64,000 nucleotides of DNA from an uncultured bacterium. GTDB lineage: Bacteria > Fidelibacterota > Marinisomatia > Marinisomatales > JACNKV01. Positions 9,681 to 18,595 of the stretch are shown here, in pieces (the stretch's first letter is position 1; each line of letters starts with the position of its first letter). The stretch is taken from the NCBI GenBank assembly GCA_964422145.1, contig CAYQZV010000006.1, positions 16,426 to 80,425 on the forward strand, in the 5' to 3' direction. The translations under genes and the position numbers were made by a program. The notes beneath the pieces were generated by a model. It searched no databases, had not been told where the DNA came from, and was given only the letters and a program-made list of their open reading frames with translations.

Positions 9681-9903
9681 AGAATTATGGTATATTGTTT
9701 TGAATAAAAAATTTTCATAAATGATTTAGTGCTATAAAGGTGTTTGATTTGGAAACTATTCCCTCCATTCTTAACTTTATACGATTAAGAATATGCATTA
9801 CAGTACAAACATACACATCAGAGATAATAGGGTTTGTGAAAGCTCTTCCGTTAGCATATACGGTAACCTGTCTCTGGCTAACCCTCTGCGTAAGGAGCTG
9901 AAA

Positions 9904-11034
9904 ATGGCTTCACTTAAAAAACGCAGGGAAAAGTGGTATGCTCGAGTTCAATGGTGGAATAACAACCTAAGAAAAGAGAAACTAATACCATTACGAACTT
10001 CAAATAAAACCACAGCAAGAGTACGCCTATCAGTAGTAAACAAACTGGAATCGGACATTAAAGCTGGGATGAGATTTTCCTTCCCTTGGATGAACGAAGC
10101 GGGTGCTGTTCAAATCCAGAAAAAGATTTTGAATGATGTGATTAATGAATACTTGTCATTCAAACGATTGGAAGGATTAACAGAGAACAGTATTAAACGA
10201 CTGGAGTGTACACTTTCAAACTTTGTCAGATTCAAGGGTTCTAATTGTTCAATTAATAGTATTGCTCATAAGCATATCCATGGGAGAAATGGGTATGTTG
10301 ACTACTGCTTGAACAAAAAGAAACCCATGACAAAACCCAGTGTAAACCTTGAACTTCGGAATCTGAAAACGTTCTTCAAATGGTGCGTTGAAAGTGAGTA
10401 TCTTGATAAGATGCCAAAGATAACGATGCTGAAAGTTCCGAAAGCAAAACCAAAGTATCTGACTGAAAGAGATATCTGCAAGATACTCGAGTTAGAGAAT
10501 TTGGATTCAAGAATGAAACGAATCTTTGGATTCTATATAGCAACTGGAGTTCGTAGGGCTGAACCGTTTTTTGGATATTTGGACGGAGAATGGTTAATCA
10601 TACCAGAAGAGCATACAAAAGCAAAAAAGGAGAAAGAGATACATTTAACCCCCGAATTACTCTGTATTTGGCAAGAAATGATGACAATGAAAGCAGAATG
10701 GGTAAAACAAGGGTTTTCGTTGGATAATCTCTTTGGAAAGGTCACAAAGCTATTTAAAGTGGCTGTTAGGGATGCAGGTCTTGATGATGGTTATCACTTA
10801 CATAATACACGGCACACATTTGCAGTTCGTAGATATCTTCAAACTGGGGATATCTACTGTGTGAAGCAGGACTTAGGACATAGTTCTGTTATGGTCACAG
10901 AGATGTATGCTGAGTATAAATCATCAAGGCTGGAATCAGACTTTCCGATACTCACAAAGAACAAGGAAAAACACCGTAAAATCGCAATAGAGGATACGGT
11001 TTTGGAGGACACAACTGCCTTGTTATTGACGTGA
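9904..11034 (+). CDS. int: Tyrosine recombinase / phage-type integrase
   Basis: C-terminal catalytic region ATGVRRAE ... HLHNTRHTFAVRRYLQTGD ... LGHSSVMVTEMYAEY (R..HxxR..Y). N-terminal SAM-like core-binding region. ATG at 9904 is preceded by AAGGAG; the track start at 9793 adds a non-homologous leader. Confidence 0.9.
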   Translation: MASLKKRREKWYARVQWWNNNLRKEKLIPLRTSNKTTARVRLSVVNKLESDIKAGMRFSFPWMNEAGAVQIQKKILNDVINEYLSFKRLEGLTENSIKRLECTLSNFVRFKGSNCSINSIAHKHIHGRNGYVDYCLNKKKPMTKPSVNLELRNLKTFFKWCVESEYLDKMPKITMLKVPKAKPKYLTERDICKILELENLDSRMKRIFGFYIATGVRRAEPFFGYLDGEWLIIPEEHTKAKKEKEIHLTPELLCIWQEMMTMKAEWVKQGFSLDNLFGKVTKLFKVAVRDAGLDDGYHLHNTRHTFAVRRYLQTGDIYCVKQDLGHSSVMVTEMYAEYKSSRLESDFPILTKNKEKHRKIAIEDTVLEDTTALLLT

Positions 11035-11035
11035 G

Positions 11036-11088
11036 AACAGCGGACTCATAATCCGTTGGTTCGGGGTTCGAATCCCTGTGGGCCCACA
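11036..11088 (+). other. 3' fragment of a tRNA(CAU) gene (Met or Ile2), putative attachment-site repeat / island boundary
   Basis: GCGGA-CTCATAA-TCCGT anticodon arm (CAT at 11047-11049). Then T arm CGGGG-TTCGAAT-CCCTG and acceptor 3' strand TGGGCCC-A. The complementary 5' acceptor strand (GGGCCCA) and a D arm are absent from the 40 nt upstream, which are the integrase 3' end. Confidence 0.7.
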
Positions 11089-11092
11089 AATT

Positions 11093-11118
11093 AAAATCCT
11101 GCAATCAATAGGATTTTT
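11093..11118 (+). terminator. Hairpin plus T-run downstream of the tRNA fragment (possible native tRNA terminator)
   Basis: AAAATCCT-gcaatcaat-AGGATTTT followed by T. The 8-bp stem is AU-rich, so this is weak. Confidence 0.35.
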
Positions 11119-11241
11119 GATTATTTAATGATTTCAAACTTTCCCTTTCCTTTTCTCTGTAAGAATATTTAAAATCATCACAAAAGAAGAGAGGTAATTA
11201 TCAAATTCATACCACACATCAAAAAATCAATCACCCTTTTC

Positions 11242-11802
11242 ATGTTCATTGTCTGCAGTGCGATGGCAAATGACACCCTTTGGGTAGATGTTGAAGGTTC
11301 TCACATTTCCTGGACAGGCCGAAAAGTAGCCGGTGAACATACCGGAACGCTGAATCTGTTAAGCGGCTGGGTAGTGATGCAGGATGATCTGCTGATCGAC
11401 GGAGAGTTGATATTTGACATGAACAGCATTGCCAACTTGGACGTAGAATCTCCCAAATGGAAACAAAAATTAGAAGACCATCTGAAAAATGAAGACTTTT
11501 TTGATGTGCCTTCTTTTCCTTTGGCTTCTTTGATCGTCAGCGGAAGTTCAGAGGTGACGGATAAAAAAGCAGGGCGCAGCCATGTTGTATCATCCGCGCT
11601 GACCATTAAAGAGGTAACAAAAGATATTTCTTTTCCGGTGATCATAAAAAAGTCAGAAAACAAGTATACCGCTGAAGGCAGCGTAGAGGTTGATCGAACC
11701 GAATACGGGATTCAATATAAATCCGGAAAGTTTTTTCCGAGTTTGGGTGATAAGATCATCGAAGATATTTTCACCGTTCAGTTTACTCTGATAGCAAAAT
11801 AA
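11242..11802 (+). CDS. YceI-like periplasmic lipid/polyisoprenoid-binding protein
   Basis: HISWTGRKVAGEHTGTLNLLSG...FDMNSI...LEDHLKNEDFFDV..FP.A matches the YceI family pattern. The signal peptide looks clipped, and the frame is open to 11173, so a non-ATG start upstream is possible. Confidence 0.8.
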   Translation: MFIVCSAMANDTLWVDVEGSHISWTGRKVAGEHTGTLNLLSGWVVMQDDLLIDGELIFDMNSIANLDVESPKWKQKLEDHLKNEDFFDVPSFPLASLIVSGSSEVTDKKAGRSHVVSSALTIKEVTKDISFPVIIKKSENKYTAEGSVEVDRTEYGIQYKSGKFFPSLGDKIIEDIFTVQFTLIAK

Positions 11803-11817
11803 GTCTAATTTTAATCC

Positions 11818-12894
11818 ATGAAAAAACACCTGATTTACGCAATTTGTGTTTCATGGATCATTGCCCAAGCCCCGCCGGGATATTATTCAAGCGCTGACGG
11901 ATTGGAAAGTGAAGCTCTTCGGCTCGCTTTACATCAGATCATCGATAACCATCAGGCACAGAGCTATAGTTCGTTATGGACGCATGTTCAGTCCACGGAT
12001 GATAAACCGAACGGAAAAGTCTGGGACATGTATTCAGACATCCCCGGCGGCACCCCGCCTTACGAATACACGTTTGGTTCCGATCAGTGCGGAAATTACA
12101 ACAGTGAGAACGATTGTTATAACCGTGAGCATTCCTGGCCGAAAAGCTGGGCAAATGATACGTATCCGATGAACACCGATCTCTTTCACATCTATCCCAC
12201 GGACGGATATGTGAACGGGAGAAGAAGCAATTATCCATTTGGGGAAGTGAACAACCCAACATGGACATCAATGAACGGAAGTAAGCTTGGTCCGAATGTG
12301 ACCTCCGGATACACCGGTGTTGTTTTTGAACCGATTGACGGATATAAAGGCGATTTTGCCCGCTCCTACTTTTATATGTCCACACGGTATCATACCGAAG
12401 ATTCAAGCTGGGATGAAACTCCGATGACAGACGGAGCGGACATCAAGCCGTGGGCGGTGTCACTTTTATTGGATTGGCATCATGATGACCCGGTGAGCCA
12501 AAAAGAGACAGACCGGAATAATGCTGTGTTTGCCATTCAGCAAAACAGAAATCCGTTTATTGATCATCCGGAGTGGGCCGATTGTATCTGGAGCGGGAAT
12601 TGCGATCTATCAACAGAAGTGATTACACCGGAATACATTTCTCTGTTGAAAAATTATCCGAATCCGTTTAATCCGGTAACGACCATCCAATTGACGGTGA
12701 AAACAAATGAATTCGGTTCTCTTAAAATTTATGATATATCCGGTAAGTTAACTGAAATCCTCTTTGAAGATGAATGGATTTCAGGCACGAATGAGTTTGT
12801 GTGGAATGCCGACGGAGTTTCAAGCGGGATATACTTTATTCAGTTTGTGTTCAACGATAAAATTGAGTCAAAAAAGATCCTATTATTGAAGTAG
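11818..12894 (+). CDS. Secreted endonuclease I family nuclease with T9SS C-terminal sorting domain
   Basis: YNREHSWPKSWAN...DLFHIYPTDGYVNGRRSNYPFGEV...NRNPFIDHPEW is the endonuclease I (EndA/Vvn-like) pattern. Signal peptide ..WIIA|QAPP. C-terminus LLKNYPNPFNPVTTIQ...GIYFIQF...KKILLLK is a type A sorting domain. Confidence 0.85.
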   Translation: MKKHLIYAICVSWIIAQAPPGYYSSADGLESEALRLALHQIIDNHQAQSYSSLWTHVQSTDDKPNGKVWDMYSDIPGGTPPYEYTFGSDQCGNYNSENDCYNREHSWPKSWANDTYPMNTDLFHIYPTDGYVNGRRSNYPFGEVNNPTWTSMNGSKLGPNVTSGYTGVVFEPIDGYKGDFARSYFYMSTRYHTEDSSWDETPMTDGADIKPWAVSLLLDWHHDDPVSQKETDRNNAVFAIQQNRNPFIDHPEWADCIWSGNCDLSTEVITPEYISLLKNYPNPFNPVTTIQLTVKTNEFGSLKIYDISGKLTEILFEDEWISGTNEFVWNADGVSSGIYFIQFVFNDKIESKKILLLK

Positions 12895-12968
12895 AATACT
12901 TCTCGGTTCTCACGCGTAAACCCGTGTAAATTCAATGCATTTTAAAAACGAATTTTAAGGATTTCATT

Positions 12969-15650
12969 ATGAAAAAAATATTATCAACCTTTTTACTTTT
13001 CAGTTTACTTTTTGCCCAAACTTCTATTTATACCATCCAATATACTGAGGATGCCGGAAGCAGCAGCGATTGTTATCCATCTTCTTATTCCGGACAAACG
13101 GTTACCACGAGCGGGTTTGTTACAGGTGTCCGCAGCAGTGGATTTTATATGCAGTCTGAAGCGGGGGAATGGCACGGAATTTATGTTTATGACTCTAGTA
13201 TCAATCCATCGGTTGGCGATGCCTTGGATCTTACCGCAGAAGTTGCTGAATATTATGGACTTACCGAGTTAACAGATGTTTCTGATTTTACCGTAACATC
13301 ATCCGAGAATGTGGTAGAGTTTACCGACATTACAACCGGAGAACTGGCGAACGGCTGCTCCAATACCGGAGAAGCATGGGAAGGATCACTGATACGATTA
13401 TCAAATGTAACCGTGACTGCCTTACCAAATTCGTACGGCGAATGGTATGTGGATGACGGATCAGGTCCCTGTCAAATTGATGACGGCATATTTGCTTACA
13501 CACCTGTGGAAGGTCAATCTTTTGATTATATTATTGGATGTGTGGATTTTAGTTACAGCGAATACGGTGTGAATCCGAGAAGTGCAACGGATGTGATCGC
13601 AGATGCTTCCGGTGCTTTGATCGGAACTCCAACGATTACTCCTGAAGACCCGACGGATATTGATGACGTAACAATTCAAGTGACGGTAACGCATGAATCA
13701 GGAATAACTGACGTAACATTGGCCTATGCCGTAAGTGACGGCGGAAGCGGAAACCTTTCGATGGCAGTGACCGGGGATGTGTATTCAGCAATTATTCCTG
13801 CACAAGCTGGATGGACTGCGGTTACATTCACGTTCACAGCAACTTCAGGGAATGGCTCGGTCGTGACATCACAGGAATATGGATATTCCGTCACCGGATC
13901 GGATCTGCCGGAATTATTTTTCAGTGAATGGGCAGAAGGATCTTCTAACAATAAGTATCTTGAAATATTTAACGGGTCTGAATCCAGTGTTGATTTGAGT
14001 CAGTATTCCATTTCTTCCTGCAGCAACGGATGTAATACAGAAGGGGAATTTGATTATCCGAATAATGTGGAATTTCCGGCAGGGACCATTCTTAATCCCG
14101 GAGAAATATTTGTAGTTTGCCATCCCAGCGCGGATCCGGCAATTTTAGCGTACGGTGATCAAACATTTACTTTTTTAAGCAATGGCAACGATGCAATGGC
14201 TCTGACATTAGCGGGAGCAACCGCAAGTGCGTATGTCATAGTTGATATCATTGGAGAATTAGGCGGAGATCCCGGCAGCGGTTGGTCCGTCGCCGGGACA
14301 TCCAACGGAACTCAGAACCATACTATCGTAAGAAAACCAACCGTTTTAAGCGGAAATGCAGGCAACTGGACTGCATCTGCCGGAACCAATGAATCAGACT
14401 CCGAGTGGATCCTCTACCCGCAAGATTCCTGGGATGATTTAGACGTCCATAGTCAAAATGTAAACGCACCATCTATTGCCGTCATGGATGTCAACCCGGC
14501 TTGGCTTACAGAAGTATCTGAAATTGAAATCACAGCCGAACTCATTGCCGTTGAAGGAAATATCGTTACCGCAGCAATCATGTTCGGAACCGACGGCTCA
14601 TTGCTCAACGAAACTGAAATGTGGCAGGAATCCGGCGACGTATGGATGGGGATCATTCCCGCACAAGAAGGAAACAGTTTGCTTGAATTCAAAATAACAG
14701 CAACAGATGACGCCGGGAATACGGGAGAATCGGTGGTGAATTCACGGTTGATAGCCAGCTCAACACTGACAGATATTGCGACGATTCATAATTCAATGAG
14801 TACATTAGAAGGCGAAATTGTAACGATTAACGGGGTCGTCACGATCGGTCCCGGATTGCTGTCTACGTCCTGGACAAGCGCATACATTCAGGATAATTCC
14901 GGCAGGGGATTGAATCTGTACTCACCGACATTGATCGATAATATCGTTCGCGGTGATGAGTTGACGGTTGTCGGATTTGTGGACCAATATAATACAACCG
15001 TCGAATTAGTGGATTTTGCATACGAGACGATATCAACTGGGAATCCAATTCCCGAAGCGGCTTCCATCACAACCGTGCAAGCCAATTCATCCGATTGGGA
15101 AGGCACACTCATCACATTTTCCGGTGAAGTGACAGCAGCGGACAGTATCAGCACTACAGGCGCAAAGCTGACCGTAGACGACGGCACTGGCGCTACAAAA
15201 GTACTGATCTGGAATTCGACCGGATTGAACGGATTTGACTATCCGGTCGGTTTGGAGTTTCGTTTTACCGGCGTCGGGAATTATCAAACGTATTACGAAG
15301 AACATCAAACCTTAGTGGCTTACGGGGATGATATCGTTTCACTTGCGATTGATGATCAGTTGCCGGTTGCAAATCAATTTACACTTTTACAGAATTATCC
15401 GAACCCGTTTAATCCGACAACAACGATTACGTATCAACTCCCTGCGGAAAGTAATGTGACATTAGTGATCTATGATATTTTGGGGAATGAGATAAGCACA
15501 TTGGTCAATGATACAAAAATGGTTGGTGTTCATCATTCAGTTTGGAACGGATTGGACAGAACCGGAAAATCTGTCGCGTCGGGGATGTATTTCTATAGAC
15601 TGACAACCGAACAGGGTGTTAAAACAAATAAACTTCTCCTATTAAAATAA
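12969..15650 (+). CDS. Surface protein with ExeM/NucH-like OB-type modules, a lamin tail domain (LTD) and a T9SS sorting domain; no nuclease domain seen
   Basis: N-terminal IYTIQYT..GQTVTTSGFVTGVRSSGFYMQSEAGEWHGIYVYD..YYGLTEL. A second module is TIHNS..GEIVTINGVVT...AYIQDNSGRGLNLYS...VDQYNTTVEL. LTD-like LFFSEWAEGSSNNKYLEIFNGSESSVDLSQYSI (nt ~13905-14440). C-terminus LLQNYPNPFNPTTTITYQ...GMYFYRL...KLLLLK. Confidence 0.7.
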   Translation: MKKILSTFLLFSLLFAQTSIYTIQYTEDAGSSSDCYPSSYSGQTVTTSGFVTGVRSSGFYMQSEAGEWHGIYVYDSSINPSVGDALDLTAEVAEYYGLTELTDVSDFTVTSSENVVEFTDITTGELANGCSNTGEAWEGSLIRLSNVTVTALPNSYGEWYVDDGSGPCQIDDGIFAYTPVEGQSFDYIIGCVDFSYSEYGVNPRSATDVIADASGALIGTPTITPEDPTDIDDVTIQVTVTHESGITDVTLAYAVSDGGSGNLSMAVTGDVYSAIIPAQAGWTAVTFTFTATSGNGSVVTSQEYGYSVTGSDLPELFFSEWAEGSSNNKYLEIFNGSESSVDLSQYSISSCSNGCNTEGEFDYPNNVEFPAGTILNPGEIFVVCHPSADPAILAYGDQTFTFLSNGNDAMALTLAGATASAYVIVDIIGELGGDPGSGWSVAGTSNGTQNHTIVRKPTVLSGNAGNWTASAGTNESDSEWILYPQDSWDDLDVHSQNVNAPSIAVMDVNPAWLTEVSEIEITAELIAVEGNIVTAAIMFGTDGSLLNETEMWQESGDVWMGIIPAQEGNSLLEFKITATDDAGNTGESVVNSRLIASSTLTDIATIHNSMSTLEGEIVTINGVVTIGPGLLSTSWTSAYIQDNSGRGLNLYSPTLIDNIVRGDELTVVGFVDQYNTTVELVDFAYETISTGNPIPEAASITTVQANSSDWEGTLITFSGEVTAADSISTTGAKLTVDDGTGATKVLIWNSTGLNGFDYPVGLEFRFTGVGNYQTYYEEHQTLVAYGDDIVSLAIDDQLPVANQFTLLQNYPNPFNPTTTITYQLPAESNVTLVIYDILGNEISTLVNDTKMVGVHHSVWNGLDRTGKSVASGMYFYRLTTEQGVKTNKLLLLK

Positions 15651-15701
15651 CAATAAGGAATGCAGGCAAAATTGTCTGCGGATAGATTGAAAGGAAATTG
15701 T

Positions 15702-17690
15702 GTGAACCGATTTAGCTTTTTGTTCGGATTATTGATCCCTGCCGTTGTGCTCAGCGCTGCTGACCATTTGCTGATCTCTGAAGTTGTGTTACAGCCCAGC
15801 GACGGAGAATACTTGGTGATTTATAACCCGACTGAACAAAATATTGACCTGACGGATTATTATATCACGGATGCAACAGACGTCGGCACAGATGAAAAAT
15901 ATTATAAACTGCCGTCCGGTGCGGATTACTGGAGCGGGAACTCATCTGATTTTATCGCAAGATTCCCTGAAGGATTGATACTTTCAGCCGGAGACAGGTT
16001 GGTGCTCTCTGTTCGAGATTCGGTACGGTATTATCAAACGTACGGCATCAATGCGGATCTGGCGTTAATGGATGATATGCTCTCTGTGGATGAAACAACA
16101 TCCACATTGGGGAGCCTTGCAGCACCAAAACTGACCAACTCGGCGGAAACATTGATCTTGTTCTACTGGGACGGTGTATCCGAAGCTGTACAGGATGTCG
16201 ATTATTTACTCTGGGGTGATAACTCCTATGCGATTGATAAAACAGGGATAAGCACCTATTTAAATGATACGCCGGTTGAGAATCAATCGTTTATGCCGGT
16301 GCACGGAGTTGAAGAGAAATTATGGCGGATTGACCGCGAAGGGACTGAAACAACATCCGGTGGAAATGGAATAACAGGACACGATGAAACCAGTGAAAAC
16401 CTAAACGAAACCTGGGAAGTCCGTCCGTTGGTTTCGACCAAACCGGAAATCACCCAAATTACGCTGACTCCCGAAAACCCAACCAGCGAAGACGCACTCA
16501 CCATCGGTGCTATGGTTGTGGATGACGAATTGGTAACACGTGTTGAAGCCGTTACCACATTTAACGGAGAAACAACCGTGACCGAAATGCATCTTTCCGA
16601 AGGAGGTCAATACTCGGTTAATTTTGAACCTTTTGGAACCACCGGAGAGTTCATTTATTATATTCGTGCCGAAGATAATGCAGGACTTAAAGATTCCACC
16701 AATGTTTATTCAACAATGGTTACTGAACCGCCGATGGATATGTCCATTGCCGAGTTATTGGCTGATTTGGATAATTGGGTCGGGCAAGTCATTGAAATAG
16801 ACGGTGTGGTCACCATCCCTGCAGGAAAACTGCGTACGAATTTCACCGAAGCGTTTTTGCAGGATGAATCCGAACGCGGGATCATTTTGTATAATTCCTC
16901 GCTGGATACTTCATTCCATCGGGGTGACTCTGTTCGGGTTGTTGCCGAAGTAGACGAATACAATGGAAAACCGGAATTGATCTATTCGGATATTGAAATT
17001 TTAAAAGAAAATGCTGAGGTCCCAGTGGTTGATCTTACGATCGAAGAATTCAATTCGCTGGAATATGATTACGCATTCGTCAAAATTTGGGGTAAGATCA
17101 CTGAACGATCAGACCCGTCCGGGAGCAATACCGGAGCTAACATTACCATCCAGGATGAAACCGGCGCACAGTCAACTGTGAGAATATGGAATTCAACCGG
17201 AATCTTATTCGATGATGGATTCAATCTGGTTAATCCTGTGTTGGATTCATTACTCCAAGTCGGGACATTGATTGAGGTCAGCGGTATCGGTGGTTCATAT
17301 AGCGGAGCGAGTCAAATTCAGCCTGCTTATGCATCTGATATCACGGAAAAATTAGAAGGAACACCGGGCGATTTTGATATTTATCTGAAAGTTGAACCTT
17401 ATCCGTTTGTACCGCAACTTGGAGAAAAAATTGCGTATGAATTTAGTTTCCCGGAAGATGCGAGAATTAAACTGCGGATTTTTGATCTCGCAGGCAGACC
17501 CATCACAACTCTGTATGATGAATTCAGGGGAATATCATTTTTCAAAACAGGTATTTGGGACGGTCGTGATAAGATCAACCGAATCGTTCCGCCCGGAGTG
17601 TATATCATGCATTTAGAGGTGACGGATACACGAACCGGTAAATTAACGACGGACACTGCACCGGTCGTGATTGGAGTGGTAGGACGATGA
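15702..17690 (+). CDS. Surface protein with LTD, OB-type module and FlgD-Ig/T9SS-like C-terminal domain
   Basis: LLISEVVLQPSDGEYLVIYNPTEQNIDLTDYYITD is the LTD signature. OB-like module is IAELLADLDNWVGQVIEIDGVVT...AFLQDESERGIILYN...VDEYNGKPEL. C-terminus is ..ARIKLRIFDLAGRPITTLYD...GIWDGRD..PPGVYIMHLEV. GTG at 15702 is preceded by AAGGAA; the track start at 15660 is the alternative. Confidence 0.65.
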   Translation: MNRFSFLFGLLIPAVVLSAADHLLISEVVLQPSDGEYLVIYNPTEQNIDLTDYYITDATDVGTDEKYYKLPSGADYWSGNSSDFIARFPEGLILSAGDRLVLSVRDSVRYYQTYGINADLALMDDMLSVDETTSTLGSLAAPKLTNSAETLILFYWDGVSEAVQDVDYLLWGDNSYAIDKTGISTYLNDTPVENQSFMPVHGVEEKLWRIDREGTETTSGGNGITGHDETSENLNETWEVRPLVSTKPEITQITLTPENPTSEDALTIGAMVVDDELVTRVEAVTTFNGETTVTEMHLSEGGQYSVNFEPFGTTGEFIYYIRAEDNAGLKDSTNVYSTMVTEPPMDMSIAELLADLDNWVGQVIEIDGVVTIPAGKLRTNFTEAFLQDESERGIILYNSSLDTSFHRGDSVRVVAEVDEYNGKPELIYSDIEILKENAEVPVVDLTIEEFNSLEYDYAFVKIWGKITERSDPSGSNTGANITIQDETGAQSTVRIWNSTGILFDDGFNLVNPVLDSLLQVGTLIEVSGIGGSYSGASQIQPAYASDITEKLEGTPGDFDIYLKVEPYPFVPQLGEKIAYEFSFPEDARIKLRIFDLAGRPITTLYDEFRGISFFKTGIWDGRDKINRIVPPGVYIMHLEVTDTRTGKLTTDTAPVVIGVVGR

Positions 17691-17704
17691 AAAATTTAAA
17701 TACA

Positions 17705-18595
17705 ATGAAAAAGATCAGAACAATAATTGGACTCATCGTGATTGTCCCGACGGTAATGTTTTCTCAGGTGACAACCGAACAAATTTATCACGGAGCGCAG
17801 TCAATGGCATTAGCCGGAAGCAATGTTGCGAGTATAAATAATGCGTTTGCCGTGTTTCAAAACCCTGCCGGGTTGAGTCGAGTCAACCAAATCACCGGGG
17901 CGGTTTCGTATACGCAAACGGCCGGATTGTCTTTCTTCCCGCATTCGATGGCCGCAGCGGTTCTTCCCATCGGACAAAGTGGTGCAGGAGGAATTTCAGT
18001 TGAAAATCTATCTGTCTCAGCCGGCGGAGCATTGCTAACACAAGAGACGGCTTTGTCTGCTCATTATGGATTTTATGTCCAGAAAGATAGAAACTCGACC
18101 TTAGCGGTTGGACTCAGTACAAAATATTTAAGTGTTGAATACGGAAAGTCAGCCGGAATTAGCGGAGACGGTTCGGACGGTATCGATTTAGGCAAAAGCC
18201 AAACACTTGGCGTGGATATTGGTTTTCAGGCAAGTTTAAGAAACCGGCATTGGATGGGAGTATTGATCAAAAATATCAATCGCCCGAAGCTCGGAAAAAC
18301 AGTATTGATCGATTTACCTAAGACCGTCGAGATCGGGATGGCATATTCACCATACGCCACAGTCTGGACCACCTTTTCGCTTCGCCGATCGGCCGGACAT
18401 CCGACACAATACGGTGCAGGATTAGAATATGAACTAATCCCCGGATTGACGCTGTACTCCGGTGTGCATTCCAATCCGAATCGGCTCGGAGCCGGGTTCC
18501 GCTTGAGTGTAAATCGTGTCCATTTGGATTACGGGTTACTGACTCATCCGGTACTTTCATTGACACATCAGGTCACAATTGGAGTAAACATTTGA
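17705..18595 (+). CDS. PorV/PorQ-family-like outer-membrane beta-barrel
   Basis: Signal peptide ..VMFS|QVTT, then GAQSMALAGSNVASINNAFAVFQNPAGLS, matching the G-x-x-x-x-A-x-G-G/S...NPAGL N-terminal signature of this family. Alternating beta-strand pattern. The start region overlaps the previous stop (ATGA at 17687-17690). Confidence 0.6.
   Translation: MKKIRTIIGLIVIVPTVMFSQVTTEQIYHGAQSMALAGSNVASINNAFAVFQNPAGLSRVNQITGAVSYTQTAGLSFFPHSMAAAVLPIGQSGAGGISVENLSVSAGGALLTQETALSAHYGFYVQKDRNSTLAVGLSTKYLSVEYGKSAGISGDGSDGIDLGKSQTLGVDIGFQASLRNRHWMGVLIKNINRPKLGKTVLIDLPKTVEIGMAYSPYATVWTTFSLRRSAGHPTQYGAGLEYELIPGLTLYSGVHSNPNRLGAGFRLSVNRVHLDYGLLTHPVLSLTHQVTIGVNI

Larger units (their letters stand above)
6642..11088 (+). 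mobile_element. Remnant of a tRNA-targeting integrative element (primase-helicase, 2 unknown ORFs, integrase, att fragment)
   Basis: Integrase abuts a tRNA 3' fragment. A P4/D5-type replication gene is present. AT-rich composition changes to host-like composition right of 11.1 kb. The left side ends in a truncation junction at ~6.6-6.7 kb. Confidence 0.6.

Noticed and set aside
11014-11088. Possible intact tRNA-Met gene overlapping the integrase 3' end
   Set aside because: Anticodon arm, T arm and 3' acceptor strand are present. The required 5' acceptor strand (GGGCCCA) and a D arm are absent; the sequence there is ACTGCCTTGTTATTGACGTGAGAAC, part of int. It is kept only as a tRNA 3' fragment / att site.
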